Shown: one piece after another, positions 11,167-23,252 of the stretch
How positions within the stretch are numbered: position 1 is the first letter of the stretch
Layout of the letters: each line of letters starts with the position of its first letter
Origin: Escherichia coli
GTDB lineage: Bacteria > Pseudomonadota > Gammaproteobacteria > Enterobacterales > Enterobacteriaceae
Assembly: GCF_044647545.1 (NCBI RefSeq)
Contig: NZ_CP172818.1
Length of the DNA: 64,000 bases
Direction: 5' to 3' (one strand)
Notes under the pieces: model-generated
Databases searched by the model: none
Seen by the model: only the letters and a program-made list of their open reading frames with translations
Told to the model about the DNA's origin: nothing
Translations under genes and position numbers: made by a program

Positions 11167-13177
11167 TTTTCGGATACCAGGCTGTTGAAAACTCAGGACG
11201 AATAACGTCTATTTCAGGTTGGTTATGCAGAAAATTGTCGGGATAATAACCATAATTTTTCACTCCATTCAGTTGTAATAGGCTCATCCAGTGAGCGAGT
11301 TGTTGTGAAGAAATAGCCTGATGCTGACCATTTTTCTGCCAGTTTTGTGCCTGTAATTCTAAAATTGATTTGTCTTTAGCCTGCGGGATGCTTTTCATCT
11401 GATTGGTCAATTGTGTTAACCATTGATCAGCCAATTTTTCTGTGACGCCTTCCATATAAGGCATAGCCATAATAGCGGTCCAGTCATAGCTTTTTAGGAA
11501 ATCAGCATAATTCTGTGCAAACCAGGCTTCACTTTCAGGTTGTATTACCGGAAGTGCAAAAATATTTCGTGCAGTTTTAACATGTGGACCACGAATGGCT
11601 TTTACGCGCGCACTAAGTTCTAAAGTGAAGTCAGTTAACGCACGACTTTTAAAGCGGGTCCACTGTTTAAATTGCTCCGGGTTTTGTCGAATTTCGCTCA
11701 GACTCCCGCTAAAGCCAGCTTGCTGATAAGCCGCGATAGCCGGTGCACTGGCATCTTCATAATCTGAAAGCAAAGCATCATCGTGGAACAATATGCCATC
11801 AAAAGCAGCATGTCCGGCAAGATCATCATATAACATGCCAACTTGTGCTCTGACCCTGTCATCGAAAGGAGAGAGACGGCGGTATTGTTCAGGATGAATT
11901 TGTGCTTTTTTCTCCCCAGTTGGTAAGTATTTTACTCGCGTTAATGTGGGATCTAAATCCCAGCTTAATACCGGCATCCACGCATAGATGTTTACACCTG
12001 AGCGGGTACGCAATTGCCAGGCAACCCGACTAAAAATATCTGCTTTCATTGGTAGCAAACGATTTGGAAACCAGACCTCTTTAACCAGCCCATCACCATC
12101 GGGATCAGCAAATGCTTGTAAATACACGGTAGATATTTGCATATCTTTTACCCGCTGAATTAGCACATCAATATTGCGATCCATTTGCTGGCGGTTTTCG
12201 TCATAAATGTAATCAAGATCGATATGCATTACCCGTTGTAGTGGTTTTTCCTGTACGGTAATAATTTGCTGGGCAAACTCTTTTAATGAGGGATTATTGG
12301 CGATTAATACTCGCGGAATGGAATCTAATTGCGACGCATTTGCCAAACCTGATTCAAGGGTGAAGAACATGTCATAACCGAGTTTTTTTAATTCCGCGAT
12401 TGCTATGCCATTCGCTTCGCCATAAGGCCAAACAAAAACGTGTGGATTTACCTCAGCCTTTGTACGCAGGTATTCCGTCATTTTTACAGCATCCAGACGA
12501 ATTCTTTCCCGGTATTCTGCTGCGGTTTCATACCGTGCGTGGTCAGTAAAATATGCACGATTTACATATACAGGCAATAAGCTGCCGGTGGCATTAGCCT
12601 GAATACCGTAGTGAGAATTCCATGTATGAGAAGCGACCTCAACGAGCCGGGAACGCGCAACTTCTCGCACTTGTTGCCACGTGGCAAAATATTCTCGATC
12701 GACCATCTCATCGCCAAATTTTACTTGTTCATCCGCTGGCGTATCGACCCAACTGCCGACGGGGGCCCATACAGCAGGCCACTGGAAGGCCTGAAGAATT
12801 GGGAAGACGCGGGTATAAAAACTCTGGTAGCCGTCATCAAAAGTCAGCACTACTGCTTTTTCCGGTAGCGGTTTTCCTCCTCGATGTGCTTCACGAATTT
12901 GAGCAATACTGACCGGTTGATAACCGTTCTCGCGCAGCCAGGCAAATTGTTCACGCAGTGCTGATGTTCGCACTGACATAAAACGCTGGTCGGCAGCTTC
13001 GTCTTCAACGTTATGCCATGAAATCGCCACAAAACCATTATGCGGCCACGGTTGCTCGGCGAGTAAAGATTCGCGATCCTGTGGCGGTATAAATGATGTT
13101 CTTGACTGGCTAATGCACGCAGTGAGCATAATTATACTCACCAGCATCAGGATATATTTATTTCCATTACGTAACAT
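11159..13177 (-). CDS. pgaB: PNAG N-deacetylase lipoprotein PgaB
   Basis: ORF 672 aa; lipobox LTACISQ; overlaps pgaC by 8 nt. Confidence 0.93.
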   Translation of the reverse strand: MLRNGNKYILMLVSIIMLTACISQSRTSFIPPQDRESLLAEQPWPHNGFVAISWHNVEDEAADQRFMSVRTSALREQFAWLRENGYQPVSIAQIREAHRGGKPLPEKAVVLTFDDGYQSFYTRVFPILQAFQWPAVWAPVGSWVDTPADEQVKFGDEMVDREYFATWQQVREVARSRLVEVASHTWNSHYGIQANATGSLLPVYVNRAYFTDHARYETAAEYRERIRLDAVKMTEYLRTKAEVNPHVFVWPYGEANGIAIAELKKLGYDMFFTLESGLANASQLDSIPRVLIANNPSLKEFAQQIITVQEKPLQRVMHIDLDYIYDENRQQMDRNIDVLIQRVKDMQISTVYLQAFADPDGDGLVKEVWFPNRLLPMKADIFSRVAWQLRTRSGVNIYAWMPVLSWDLDPTLTRVKYLPTGEKKAQIHPEQYRRLSPFDDRVRAQVGMLYDDLAGHAAFDGILFHDDALLSDYEDASAPAIAAYQQAGFSGSLSEIRQNPEQFKQWTRFKSRALTDFTLELSARVKAIRGPHVKTARNIFALPVIQPESEAWFAQNYADFLKSYDWTAIMAMPYMEGVTEKLADQWLTQLTNQMKSIPQAKDKSILELQAQNWQKNGQHQAISSQQLAHWMSLLQLNGVKNYGYYPDNFLHNQPEIDVIRPEFSTAWYPKND

Positions 13178-13185
13178 ATTTATCC

Positions 13186-15609
13186 TTAAAATCTGAATGT
13201 CATATCGAATTCAACGTATAAGTTGTGTTCTCTGTCACCGTCATAAGGTCGTTTTTCCCAGCGTAGCGTTGCGCCAGCATCAATCACGTCATTCCAGCTA
13301 ATACGTTGCCCGTAGCCGAGTTGGGTGACGACATCCGTGCCATAATGTTTTTGCCAGGAGGCACCAACACCTGCGCTGAAGATTTGCTCCCAGCTATTTT
13401 CATAGCTACGCCATAACAAATGACTTGCCTCAAATGCCGGAACAATATCGAACGTTTTTATAGGGTTGTAGTATGGAGTGTCGTGTTCTGTATTTTGTTC
13501 GTAATACAGATTGGGTAGGAAATCGACAATCAAATATGGTGAAGACCAGATGCGTTCCTGACCCTCAAGTGAGACTTCCTGACGCTGGTTACTGTCGGAA
13601 AAATCAGTGAAAGCCCAGGAGACACCGTACTTACGCCGCTCATTTTGATACCAGCGAACATAAGCCTGAGCACTGTTGCCTGTAACACCATTTTTCATTG
13701 CCCGTAATGGAACGCGGTGAGAGAGGCGTTCCAGTTGCGAACCAATACGCCAGTTATCATTAAAATCATACCAGCCAGATAGGCGCGCGCCGGGTTTATG
13801 CTCATGATTGAAAACGCGTTCAGCGTACTCCGCCTCGAGCCAGATATTACGTGACCGCCACTCAACACCCGCCAGCCAGTCGCGAACAATCCCTTTTCCT
13901 TCGCTAAATTGTCCATCGGCATAACCGAATCCAGCAAAACCGCGCCAGTTATCCTTCAGCGGTGGTGAATAAACGATGGTGGTTAAGTCGACATCATGTT
14001 TACCACTATCCGGGCCTTCGGCATCAATTCCTGTTGAACCAGCTATACGAAGCTCTGCAAGATTATGTACATCAACCGCACGTTTTAAACGTACAACGCC
14101 GGGATCTTGCGGTTCACGTTCGACAACATCGTGCGTTAAGACAGCTGCCTGCTGCCATTCTTGTAACGTTAATGCTGTCCATGCTTGTTCAACCTCCAGA
14201 TTAATATTACGTGGCTCGATCACTTCTGCTTTTTTTAATTCATTTTCTGCTGCACGAGGCCAACCGCGGGCTTGTAACACACTCGCGTAATCAATGCGCA
14301 GTCCCTGATTTCCTGGTGCGTTATAAGCAAGCTCTCTGGCTATCATTTCAGCCTGAGGAAGATCATTACTATATTTTGCTACGGTTGAGAGAAACGAATG
14401 CCCCTGTAACCAGGTATCATTCGGGATGCTCGTAGGCGTGCCCATTAACCGAAGGAAAGGCGGCGAAGTATTAATGGTATGTTGGGTGACAGTTAGCGCG
14501 CCGGGATAATTTTCACTCTCCAGGTGGCTGTAAAAGAGATCCGCAAGTTCTTCATCGGATAAATCCGGGGCAATGGTCTCCTTGTGATAAAAGAGCTCTG
14601 TCATTATTGACTGTGCTTTTTTTGGCTGATGTTCTTTGAGATAAGCCGACGCAACCCAATATTGCGCCCAGGGTGGAATAATTTGCCCCGTCTTTTTTAA
14701 ACGCTGATAGTGAGAAATAACGTCTTTATAACGATCGCGAGTTAATAACGCGCCAAGATGATCAACCTGAATACGCTGGTACTGGGCAGTGCGGTCAGGG
14801 TTATCATACCAAAGAATTTCTAATGCAGCGTATTGGGCGAGGGCGCGATCGGCAATGGCATAACGTTCACTTTCACTGCGCGTAGGCATAAACGACAGTC
14901 TGACCAGTTCGGCATGAATATCAGCGCGAATATCTGGCGTTAAATTGGCATCGTCAATCGCGGCAGTAAGTTGATTATTCCGTAATGCCTGCACGTATTC
15001 TGTGGGATATTGTTGCGTTAAGGCATTTTCAGGTAATGATCCTGTCATCGCCCGTAATTCATCCTCATGCCGCCCCGCCAGTTTATAGATATAGGCTTCT
15101 GCGAGTAAATTAGCTTTGTCCGGTGCTCCAGAGTTAAGCTGCTTAAGTTTAACCAGCGCAGAATCATAGTGACCCGCATCTGCCAGGGTTAAAATTTGTC
15201 CCCGTTGATAATCCTTATTTTGCGACTCCAGAGAGAGTGCCTTTTGCCACAGTGTAAGCGAGTTTTGCCATTGTTGCAGGTTACGATAAGCGACGGCGAC
15301 AGCTGCATAACCACGCGCTGGTAATTGCTGATGACGGTAGCGGTTGTAAACGGTAATAACCTGTTTATCTTGCCCGGCCCATAAGGCAATCTGTAACCAG
15401 TCAGCAATTTGGTTATTACTGAGAGCTGATTTTTGTGCAAACCATAACAAAGCTGGCTGAGTATTTCCCTTGCGAGCTTCGATAATCAATGCATCATAGG
15501 CATTATTAACAGCACTCTTCGCCGCGGGACTCGCTGCTAAAAATGCGGCAGTAAGAATTTTCAAAGCCCATTTGGTTTTCGGGCACCTTTTTCTGCTACT
15601 TGAATACAT
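13186..15609 (-). CDS. pgaA: PNAG export outer-membrane porin PgaA (TPR plus beta-barrel)
   Basis: ORF 807 aa with signal peptide; recognised as PgaA. Confidence 0.93.
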   Translation of the reverse strand: MYSSSRKRCPKTKWALKILTAAFLAASPAAKSAVNNAYDALIIEARKGNTQPALLWFAQKSALSNNQIADWLQIALWAGQDKQVITVYNRYRHQQLPARGYAAVAVAYRNLQQWQNSLTLWQKALSLESQNKDYQRGQILTLADAGHYDSALVKLKQLNSGAPDKANLLAEAYIYKLAGRHEDELRAMTGSLPENALTQQYPTEYVQALRNNQLTAAIDDANLTPDIRADIHAELVRLSFMPTRSESERYAIADRALAQYAALEILWYDNPDRTAQYQRIQVDHLGALLTRDRYKDVISHYQRLKKTGQIIPPWAQYWVASAYLKEHQPKKAQSIMTELFYHKETIAPDLSDEELADLFYSHLESENYPGALTVTQHTINTSPPFLRLMGTPTSIPNDTWLQGHSFLSTVAKYSNDLPQAEMIARELAYNAPGNQGLRIDYASVLQARGWPRAAENELKKAEVIEPRNINLEVEQAWTALTLQEWQQAAVLTHDVVEREPQDPGVVRLKRAVDVHNLAELRIAGSTGIDAEGPDSGKHDVDLTTIVYSPPLKDNWRGFAGFGYADGQFSEGKGIVRDWLAGVEWRSRNIWLEAEYAERVFNHEHKPGARLSGWYDFNDNWRIGSQLERLSHRVPLRAMKNGVTGNSAQAYVRWYQNERRKYGVSWAFTDFSDSNQRQEVSLEGQERIWSSPYLIVDFLPNLYYEQNTEHDTPYYNPIKTFDIVPAFEASHLLWRSYENSWEQIFSAGVGASWQKHYGTDVVTQLGYGQRISWNDVIDAGATLRWEKRPYDGDREHNLYVEFDMTFRF

Positions 15610-15850
15610 CCTGTATTACTCCATGTATTGCCAAAATCTCTCTCTGTATCTAATTACAGGTAACTGAAACGAAAGATATTTTTTTTGCACATCATAATCC
15701 GTTATTAAACGCGGAAGAGAGACGTGAATTGTTGATGATGAGAAGAAGAAATGATGAGTAGAGTATCCATATAAAATCCTTTTCTCGCCCGAAAATCCAT
15801 TCCAATGATGAGGATCTTCAGGAATACGGCATAAATCCCAATGCCTTTTT
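15610..15850 (-). promoter_or_regulatory. pgaABCD long 5' leader with multiple GGA (CsrA-type) motifs
   Basis: The minus-strand transcript sequence contains repeated GGA motifs (AAGGAU, UGGAAUGGAUUUUCG, AUAUGGAUAC), including one over the Shine-Dalgarno next to the start codon. Confidence 0.65.
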
Positions 15851-16198
15851 CAAAATAAATTAGGATTAAAATAATTAAATCAGTAAATTCCGATGCATGA
15901 TATCGGATTTTTCGAAAGTCCTGATGAAATGCAGCGTTACTGTACTCACGGATTCAATTGTTATTCCTAATATATCTATGAATTAATGTTTTATAAGGAT
16001 TTCCTTATAACCATTTATATGTATTTGCAAGCCTGTCTTGTCGCGAAGAATGTATAAAGCACTAAGGTAATAATAATTGCGGTCTGCAACTATCATCATT
16101 GGTATTGTTTGTGGTGGATTTTTATATTGACAACAGTACAGTTCTTATATCTATTAATGACAGAAAGGGATCTACAACCTACAGATTGGTGTAGCTTT

Positions 16199-17617
16199 AT
16201 GGAAAAAGACTATTTGGGAATTAGTAGTACTGTATTAGTGAGTTTATTGTTTGGGCTTGCGTTGGTTTTGGTGAATAGTTGGTTCAATCAGCCAACCGTT
16301 GAGGAAGTTGTTCCACGATCAACCTATCTGATGGTTATGATTGCTTTATTTTTTATCGATACTGTTGCATTTATTTTTATGCAGTTGTATTTCATTTATG
16401 ACCGTAGGCAATTTTCAAACTGTATACTTAGTTTGGCTTTTCTAAGTTGTTTGATTTACTTTATTAAAACCGTCATTATCATTCAGCAAATTATTGAGGG
16501 GCGTTTGACAAGCAGTGTTGTTCAAAATGACATTGCAATTTATTATTTGTTTCGTCAGATGAGTTTGTGCGTATTAATATTTCTGGCATTGGTAAATAAA
16601 GTTAGTGAAAACACAAAACAGCGCAATTTGTTTTCCAAAAAAGTGACTTTGTGCATAACTTTGTTTTTTGTTCTTGGGGGGCCGATAGTTGCTCACATAT
16701 TTTCTAGCCATTATGAGAGCTACGATTTACACATTGCCGAGTTAACCAATGAAAATGGTCAGGTGGTTTGGAAAGCCTCATATGTTACCATAATGATTTT
16801 CATGTGGTTAACCTTGCTTTCGGTTAATCTATACTTTAATGGTTTACGCTGTGATATCTGGAACGGGGTGTCGGTGATTGCTTTTTGTGCCGTGCTGTAC
16901 AATATCTCTCTGTTATTTATGAGCAGGTATAGCGTGTCCATTTGGTATATTAGTCGCACTATTGAAGTAGTCAGTAAGTTAACCGTTTTGGTAATTTTTA
17001 TGTGCCATATATTCAGTGCGCTACGAGTAACAAAGGACATTGCACATCGCGATCCCTTAACCAATATATTTAACAGAAATTATTTTTTTAATGAACTGAC
17101 GGTTCAATCAGCATCGGCCAAAAAAACACCTTATTGCGTCATGATTATGGATATTGACCACTTCAAAAAAGTCAACGACACCTGGGGACATCCGGTTGGC
17201 GATCAAGTGATAAAGACAGTGGTGAATATCATTGGGAAAAGCATACGACCAGATGACCTTTTAGCGCGCGTTGGCGGCGAAGAGTTTGGCGTCTTGCTGA
17301 CGGAGATCGATACTGAATGTGCGAAAGCTTTAGCGGAAAGGATTCGGGAAAATGTTGAACGTTTAACTGGCGATAATCCTGAATACGCCATACCACAAAA
17401 AGTGACGATTAGTATTGGCGCTGTTGTAACGCAGAAAAATGAGTTAAACCCTAAGGAGATCTATCAACTGGCTGATAACGCACTTTACGAGGCGAAAGAG
17501 ACCGGGCGTAATAAGCCGCTGTCGCCAGTTGTCGACCTCCGCTTGGGGCTTCTCATCCCCCCGGTGTGTGCAATATACGAAAAAAAAGCCCGTACTTTCG
17601 TACGAGCTCTTCTTTAA
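16199..17617 (+). CDS. dgcT: Membrane-anchored diguanylate cyclase DgcT/YcdT (GGDEF domain, GGEEF active site); C-terminal tail runs into the serX terminator
   Basis: ORF track 16109..17617; MEKDYL... start at 16199; GGEEF motif in ...LARVGGEEFGVLL...; N-terminal multi-TM region. Confidence 0.85.
   Translation: MEKDYLGISSTVLVSLLFGLALVLVNSWFNQPTVEEVVPRSTYLMVMIALFFIDTVAFIFMQLYFIYDRRQFSNCILSLAFLSCLIYFIKTVIIIQQIIEGRLTSSVVQNDIAIYYLFRQMSLCVLIFLALVNKVSENTKQRNLFSKKVTLCITLFFVLGGPIVAHIFSSHYESYDLHIAELTNENGQVVWKASYVTIMIFMWLTLLSVNLYFNGLRCDIWNGVSVIAFCAVLYNISLLFMSRYSVSIWYISRTIEVVSKLTVLVIFMCHIFSALRVTKDIAHRDPLTNIFNRNYFFNELTVQSASAKKTPYCVMIMDIDHFKKVNDTWGHPVGDQVIKTVVNIIGKSIRPDDLLARVGGEEFGVLLTEIDTECAKALAERIRENVERLTGDNPEYAIPQKVTISIGAVVTQKNELNPKEIYQLADNALYEAKETGRNKPLSPVVDLRLGLLIPPVCAIYEKKARTFVRALL
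17585..17612 (-). terminator. Rho-independent terminator downstream of serX
   Basis: Minus strand reads gagctcgtacgaaagtacgggc followed by TTTTTTTT, immediately 3' of the tRNA; it overlaps the last codons of the ycdT ORF. Confidence 0.7.
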
Positions 17618-17620
17618 ATA

Positions 17621-17708
17621 TGGCGGTGAGGGGGGGATTCGAACCCCCGATACGTTGCCGTATACACACTTTCCAGGCGTGCTCCTTCAGCCACTCGGAC
17701 ACCTCACC
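17621..17708 (-). tRNA. serX: tRNA-Ser (anticodon GGA)
   Basis: Reverse complement reads GGTGAGGTGTCCGAGTGGCTGAAGGAGCACGCCTGGAAAGTGTGTATACGGCAACGTATCGGGGGTTCGAATCCCCCCCTCACCGCCA: long variable arm, CCA end, anticodon loop cuGGAaa. Confidence 0.93.
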
Positions 17709-17902
17709 AAATTGTCGTTCCTGTCTTGCTGGAACGGGCGCTAATTTAGGGAAATCATGACCTGAGGTCAACAAACTTTTTTAAAAAATCGCTCGATTAT
17801 TCAAACTTCAATCAATATGCAGTTTTAATAAGCGAAATTTGCTTTTTTTGCCACCGACCACGGATTTGTTATGCTGGTGGCTTTTGTAGATCATAACGAT
17901 AA

Positions 17903-18880
<978 letters not shown>

Positions 18881-18934
18881 TAAAGCATCAGGTTTCCTGC
18901 TATCCTTGGCGGGAATTGAATACAGGAGAGAGTT

Positions 18935-19672
18935 ATGTATCCCGTCGACCTTCATATGCATACCGTTGCCAGCACGCATGCATATAGCACATTGAGTGAT
19001 TACATTGCCCAGGCCAAACAAAAGGGCATTAAACTTTTTGCGATCACCGATCATGGCCCGGATATGGAAGATGCGCCGCATCACTGGCACTTCATTAACA
19101 TGCGTATCTGGCCGCGAGTGGTTGATGGAGTAGGGATCCTGCGCGGCATCGAAGCTAACATTAAAAATGTTGATGGTGAAATTGATTGCAGCGGCAAAAT
19201 GTTTGATTCGCTGGATCTGATTATTGCCGGTTTTCATGAGCCGGTTTTTGCGCCGCATGATAAAGCGACCAATACACAAGCGATGATCGCCACTATCGCC
19301 AGCGGCAATGTGCATATAATAAGCCATCCCGGAAATCCGAAATATGAAATAGATGTTAAAGCCGTTGCTGAAGCAGCCGCGAAACATCAGGTGGCGCTGG
19401 AAATCAATAATTCCTCTTTTTTACACTCACGTAAGGGAAGTGAAGACAATTGTCGTGCGGTAGCCGCAGCGGTACGTGACGCTGGAGGTTGGGTGGCATT
19501 AGGCTCGGATTCTCACACCGCGTTTACCATGGGTGAATTTGAAGAGTGTCTTAAAATCCTCGACGCGGTAGATTTTCCGCCAGAGCGCATTTTGAATGTT
19601 TCTCCGCGCCGCTTACTGAACTTCCTTGAATCTCGCGGTATGGCACCGATTGCGGAATTTGCAGACCTTTAA
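18935..19672 (+). CDS. ycdX: PHP-domain zinc phosphatase YcdX
   Basis: ORF 245 aa, [13 protein letters not shown]... (PHP family HxH motif). Confidence 0.92.
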
Positions 19673-19695
19673 TTACTAGTAATGGAAATATATTA

Positions 19696-20250
19696 ATGAA
19701 CGAGTTTTCTATCCTCTGTCGTGTGCTGGGTTCGCTCTATTACCGCCAACCACAAGATCCTTTACTGGTGCCGCTGTTTACCCTGATTCGTGAGGGGAAA
19801 CTGGCTGCGAACTGGCCACTGGAGCAGGATGAGTTGCTGACACGTTTGCAGAAAAGCTGTGATATGACGCAAGTCTCTGCCGATTACAATGCGTTGTTTA
19901 TCGGCGATGAATGTGCTGTGCCGCCATATCGTAGCGCATGGGTTGAGGGCGCGACGGAAGCGGAAGTGCGCGCTTTTCTTTCCGAACGGGGGATGCCATT
20001 AGCGGATACGCCAGCCGATCACATCGGCACATTGCTGCTCGCGGCTTCCTGGCTGGAAGATCAGTCAACGGAAGATGAGAGCGAAGCACTGGAAACACTG
20101 TTCAGTGAGTATCTGTTACCCTGGTGTGGTGCGTTCCTTGGTAAAGTGGAGGCCCATGCAACTACGCCTTTTTGGCGCACCATGGCACCGCTAACCCGCG
20201 ATGCTATTAGTGCAATGTGGGACGAGCTGGAAGAAGATTTTGAAGAGTAA
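19696..20250 (+). CDS. ycdY: TorD-family chaperone YcdY
   Basis: ORF 184 aa immediately downstream of ycdX; recognised as YcdY. Confidence 0.9.
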   Translation: MNEFSILCRVLGSLYYRQPQDPLLVPLFTLIREGKLAANWPLEQDELLTRLQKSCDMTQVSADYNALFIGDECAVPPYRSAWVEGATEAEVRAFLSERGMPLADTPADHIGTLLLAASWLEDQSTEDESEALETLFSEYLLPWCGAFLGKVEAHATTPFWRTMAPLTRDAISAMWDELEEDFEE

Positions 20251-20351
20251 ATGTGATCTGCATCACTCATAACTGCAACAGATAATTTGTTGTTGCATAA
20301 AATGTGTGCTCGATCTCATTCATGGCCGCGTTTTCTGATATCATGCGCGGC

Positions 20352-20843
20352 ATGAACATACTTCTCTCTATTGCAATCACAACAGGTATTCTCTCCGGTA
20401 TCTGGGGATGGGTGGCTGTTTCCCTGGGCTTACTAAGCTGGGCGGGCTTCCTGGGCTGTACGGCCTACTTTGCCTGCCCGCAAGGTGGGCTGAAAGGGCT
20501 GGCGATCTCCGCTGCAACCCTGCTTAGTGGCGTGGTGTGGGCGATGGTCATTATTTACGGTAGTGCACTGGCACCACATCTGGAAATTCTCGGTTATGTC
20601 ATAACCGGTATTGTCGCGTTTCTGATGTGTATTCAGGCGAAACAGCTGCTGCTTTCATTTGTTCCGGGGACGTTTATAGGCGCATGCGCGACGTTTGCCG
20701 GGCAGGGTGACTGGAAACTGGTGTTACCTTCGCTGGCGCTTGGGCTGATATTTGGTTACGCAATGAAAAACAGCGGCCTGTGGCTGGCGGCGCGTAGTGC
20801 AAAGACGGCGCACCGTGAGCAGGAAATCAAAAATAAAGCGTGA
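20352..20843 (+). CDS. ycdZ: Inner membrane protein YcdZ (DUF1097)
   Basis: ORF track 20304..20843; the MNILLSIAITTG... start gives 163 aa; multi-TM. Confidence 0.88.
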   Translation: MNILLSIAITTGILSGIWGWVAVSLGLLSWAGFLGCTAYFACPQGGLKGLAISAATLLSGVVWAMVIIYGSALAPHLEILGYVITGIVAFLMCIQAKQLLLSFVPGTFIGACATFAGQGDWKLVLPSLALGLIFGYAMKNSGLWLAARSAKTAHREQEIKNKA

Positions 20844-20876
20844 GGGGCACTCACGCTTTCGCTTAAACCGTAAAAT

Positions 20877-20903
20877 GCCGGATGATAATTCCGGCTTTTT
20901 TAT
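20877..20903. terminator. Hairpin terminator between convergent ycdZ and csgG
   Basis: gccggatgataattccggc followed by ttttttat on the + strand. Confidence 0.6.
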
Positions 20904-20906
20904 CTG

Positions 20907-21740
20907 TCAGGATTCCGGTGGAACCGACATATGGCGGTATTTCACCAGAATGTCGTTCTGCCGTTCTGCTTTGTTCTGCAAATCCCACAGACCACGGTCA
21001 ATACCATCATTAATCAGGAAAATGACCCCTGTTTCGATAGCCGACATCAGGCACAGCATAACGGGTTCGTTCGAGGTGTAACCCACTTCCCCTTCCAGCA
21101 AGCGCTGGTAGTCAATAAAGCGGAAAACCCCGGCCTGAACTTCATAGGAAAGTATCGTCTTACTGGTGTTCACCGAGGAGAGGATCTCACCGGTACTCAC
21201 ATTGACGACACGCAGGTTCACGGCAATCTGATCAAGCTGGTATTGCGTGTCGGCACCGATCCCAAAATATCTTGCCCCAACACCGCCCGATTTAACGTTG
21301 CTTTCATAACCGATAATCGAACCTTCAACCATGATATTTGCCGCCGTTAAAGACTGCAGCGGGATTCGGTTATTAATGGCAACCGTACCGTTTTCTTGTG
21401 CCGCACGAATAATCTTGCGCTCGTTAAGCAGGTTTTGTAAGCCCTGGCGCTCCAGCGGTATAAACCAGCGAGAATCTTTCAATGCCGTGACCAGCATTGC
21501 CGTGGCGCTTTGCGGAACAGCAGTGGAGAAGTTACTTGCCGGGTAAGGTTTAAATTGCCCGGTTTCGTCCTGAATGTTGTATACCGAAACAAAGATCTTA
21601 CCCGTCGGCGCTGGCAGATGGGTCAAATCTTTGTAGCTCTGAGCACGAGGCATTAATGTCGGTCTGGCTGCTTCTTTAGGCGGGGCGGTTAAGCATCCGC
21701 TCAGTAACATGACGGCAACCAAAAGAAATAAGCGCTGCAT
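20907..21740 (-). CDS. csgG: Curli secretion channel lipoprotein CsgG
   Basis: ORF 277 aa; lipobox LLSGCLT; recognised as CsgG. Confidence 0.95.
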   Translation of the reverse strand: MQRLFLLVAVMLLSGCLTAPPKEAARPTLMPRAQSYKDLTHLPAPTGKIFVSVYNIQDETGQFKPYPASNFSTAVPQSATAMLVTALKDSRWFIPLERQGLQNLLNERKIIRAAQENGTVAINNRIPLQSLTAANIMVEGSIIGYESNVKSGGVGARYFGIGADTQYQLDQIAVNLRVVNVSTGEILSSVNTSKTILSYEVQAGVFRFIDYQRLLEGEVGYTSNEPVMLCLMSAIETGVIFLINDGIDRGLWDLQNKAERQNDILVKYRHMSVPPES

Positions 21741-21766
21741 GATTATTTTCCTTATGAAGCTGGGGC

Positions 21767-22183
21767 TTAAAAATCGGTTGAGTTATTTTGTAAACCCGAA
21801 ACCTGGATGGTCGAGGTTTGTCCGGTTTTACGATCTGTCACGTTCAACTGCAATTGACCATCGCGGTTAGCAATATCAACAATATAATCGTTGGTCACCA
21901 TGCGGCCCGGTTTACCGGTATTAATATTCGACAGTAGCCCACCTAAAATTTGTGACTGGATGGCCTGAGTAAAGTTATCTAACGCTGAGGGTGTTTCAAT
22001 ACCAAAGTCATCGTTATAGCTCGGATCTTTATACGAGTTTTGGGCCTGGGCGCTATTTAATAAAAAAGCGCCATTATTTGGGTTACCACCAAAGTTTGGA
22101 TTACGGAACTGAAAAGTCATTGTTCCAGCCCAACTTAATGGCGAAATAAGCATGAGTAGAACTACTGCATGTTTGACACGCAT
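21767..22183 (-). CDS. csgF: Curli assembly protein CsgF
   Basis: ORF 138 aa with signal peptide; recognised as CsgF. Confidence 0.94.
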
Positions 22184-22207
22184 TGCAGCCTCCGAACAAT
22201 TTTTTAT

Positions 22208-22597
22208 TTAGAATTCATCATGCGCCAAATCGCCCGTACTTAATAACGCCTGATTTATCTGGCGACGATTTAGTGCTTCTTCAGTTTGAATCAGTGCAAA
22301 GACGACAGTTTTTTCGAAGTCTCTTTTCAACGGGAATAAAAAAGTCTGGAAAATAACGTCCTGATTGACCGTTATAGTGATCCAGCTTCCCCATCGTGCA
22401 CTGGGCCTTTCATTAATCGTTAAGTTACCCGTATAGTCACTTTCCCATTTATCACTAAAGGCTCGGTAAAAATCATGGCCAATAGATGAAACAGTATGGT
22501 CAGTTAACAATCCCGGGACTTCTACCTCAACGGCGTGAAGATTCCCTGCGGCGAACAGAAATTCTGCCGCCACAATCCAGCGTAAATAACGTTTCAT
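22208..22597 (-). CDS. csgE: Curli assembly/transport protein CsgE
   Basis: ORF 129 aa with signal peptide; recognised as CsgE. Confidence 0.94.
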
Positions 22598-22601
22598 GGC
22601 T

Positions 22602-23252
<651 letters not shown>

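Noticed and set aside
16109-16198. Extended ycdT N-terminus (30 extra codons from the ATG at 16109)
   Set aside because: The extension lies in very AT-rich promoter-like DNA, and the MEKDYL start matches the protein N-terminus I recognise. It is kept as an alternative only.
17560-17760. Possible integrated island or prophage at tRNA-Ser serX
   Set aside because: No integrase, phage gene or duplicated tRNA 3'-end direct repeat is present. ghrA follows directly on one side and ycdT on the other, so this looks like an empty site.
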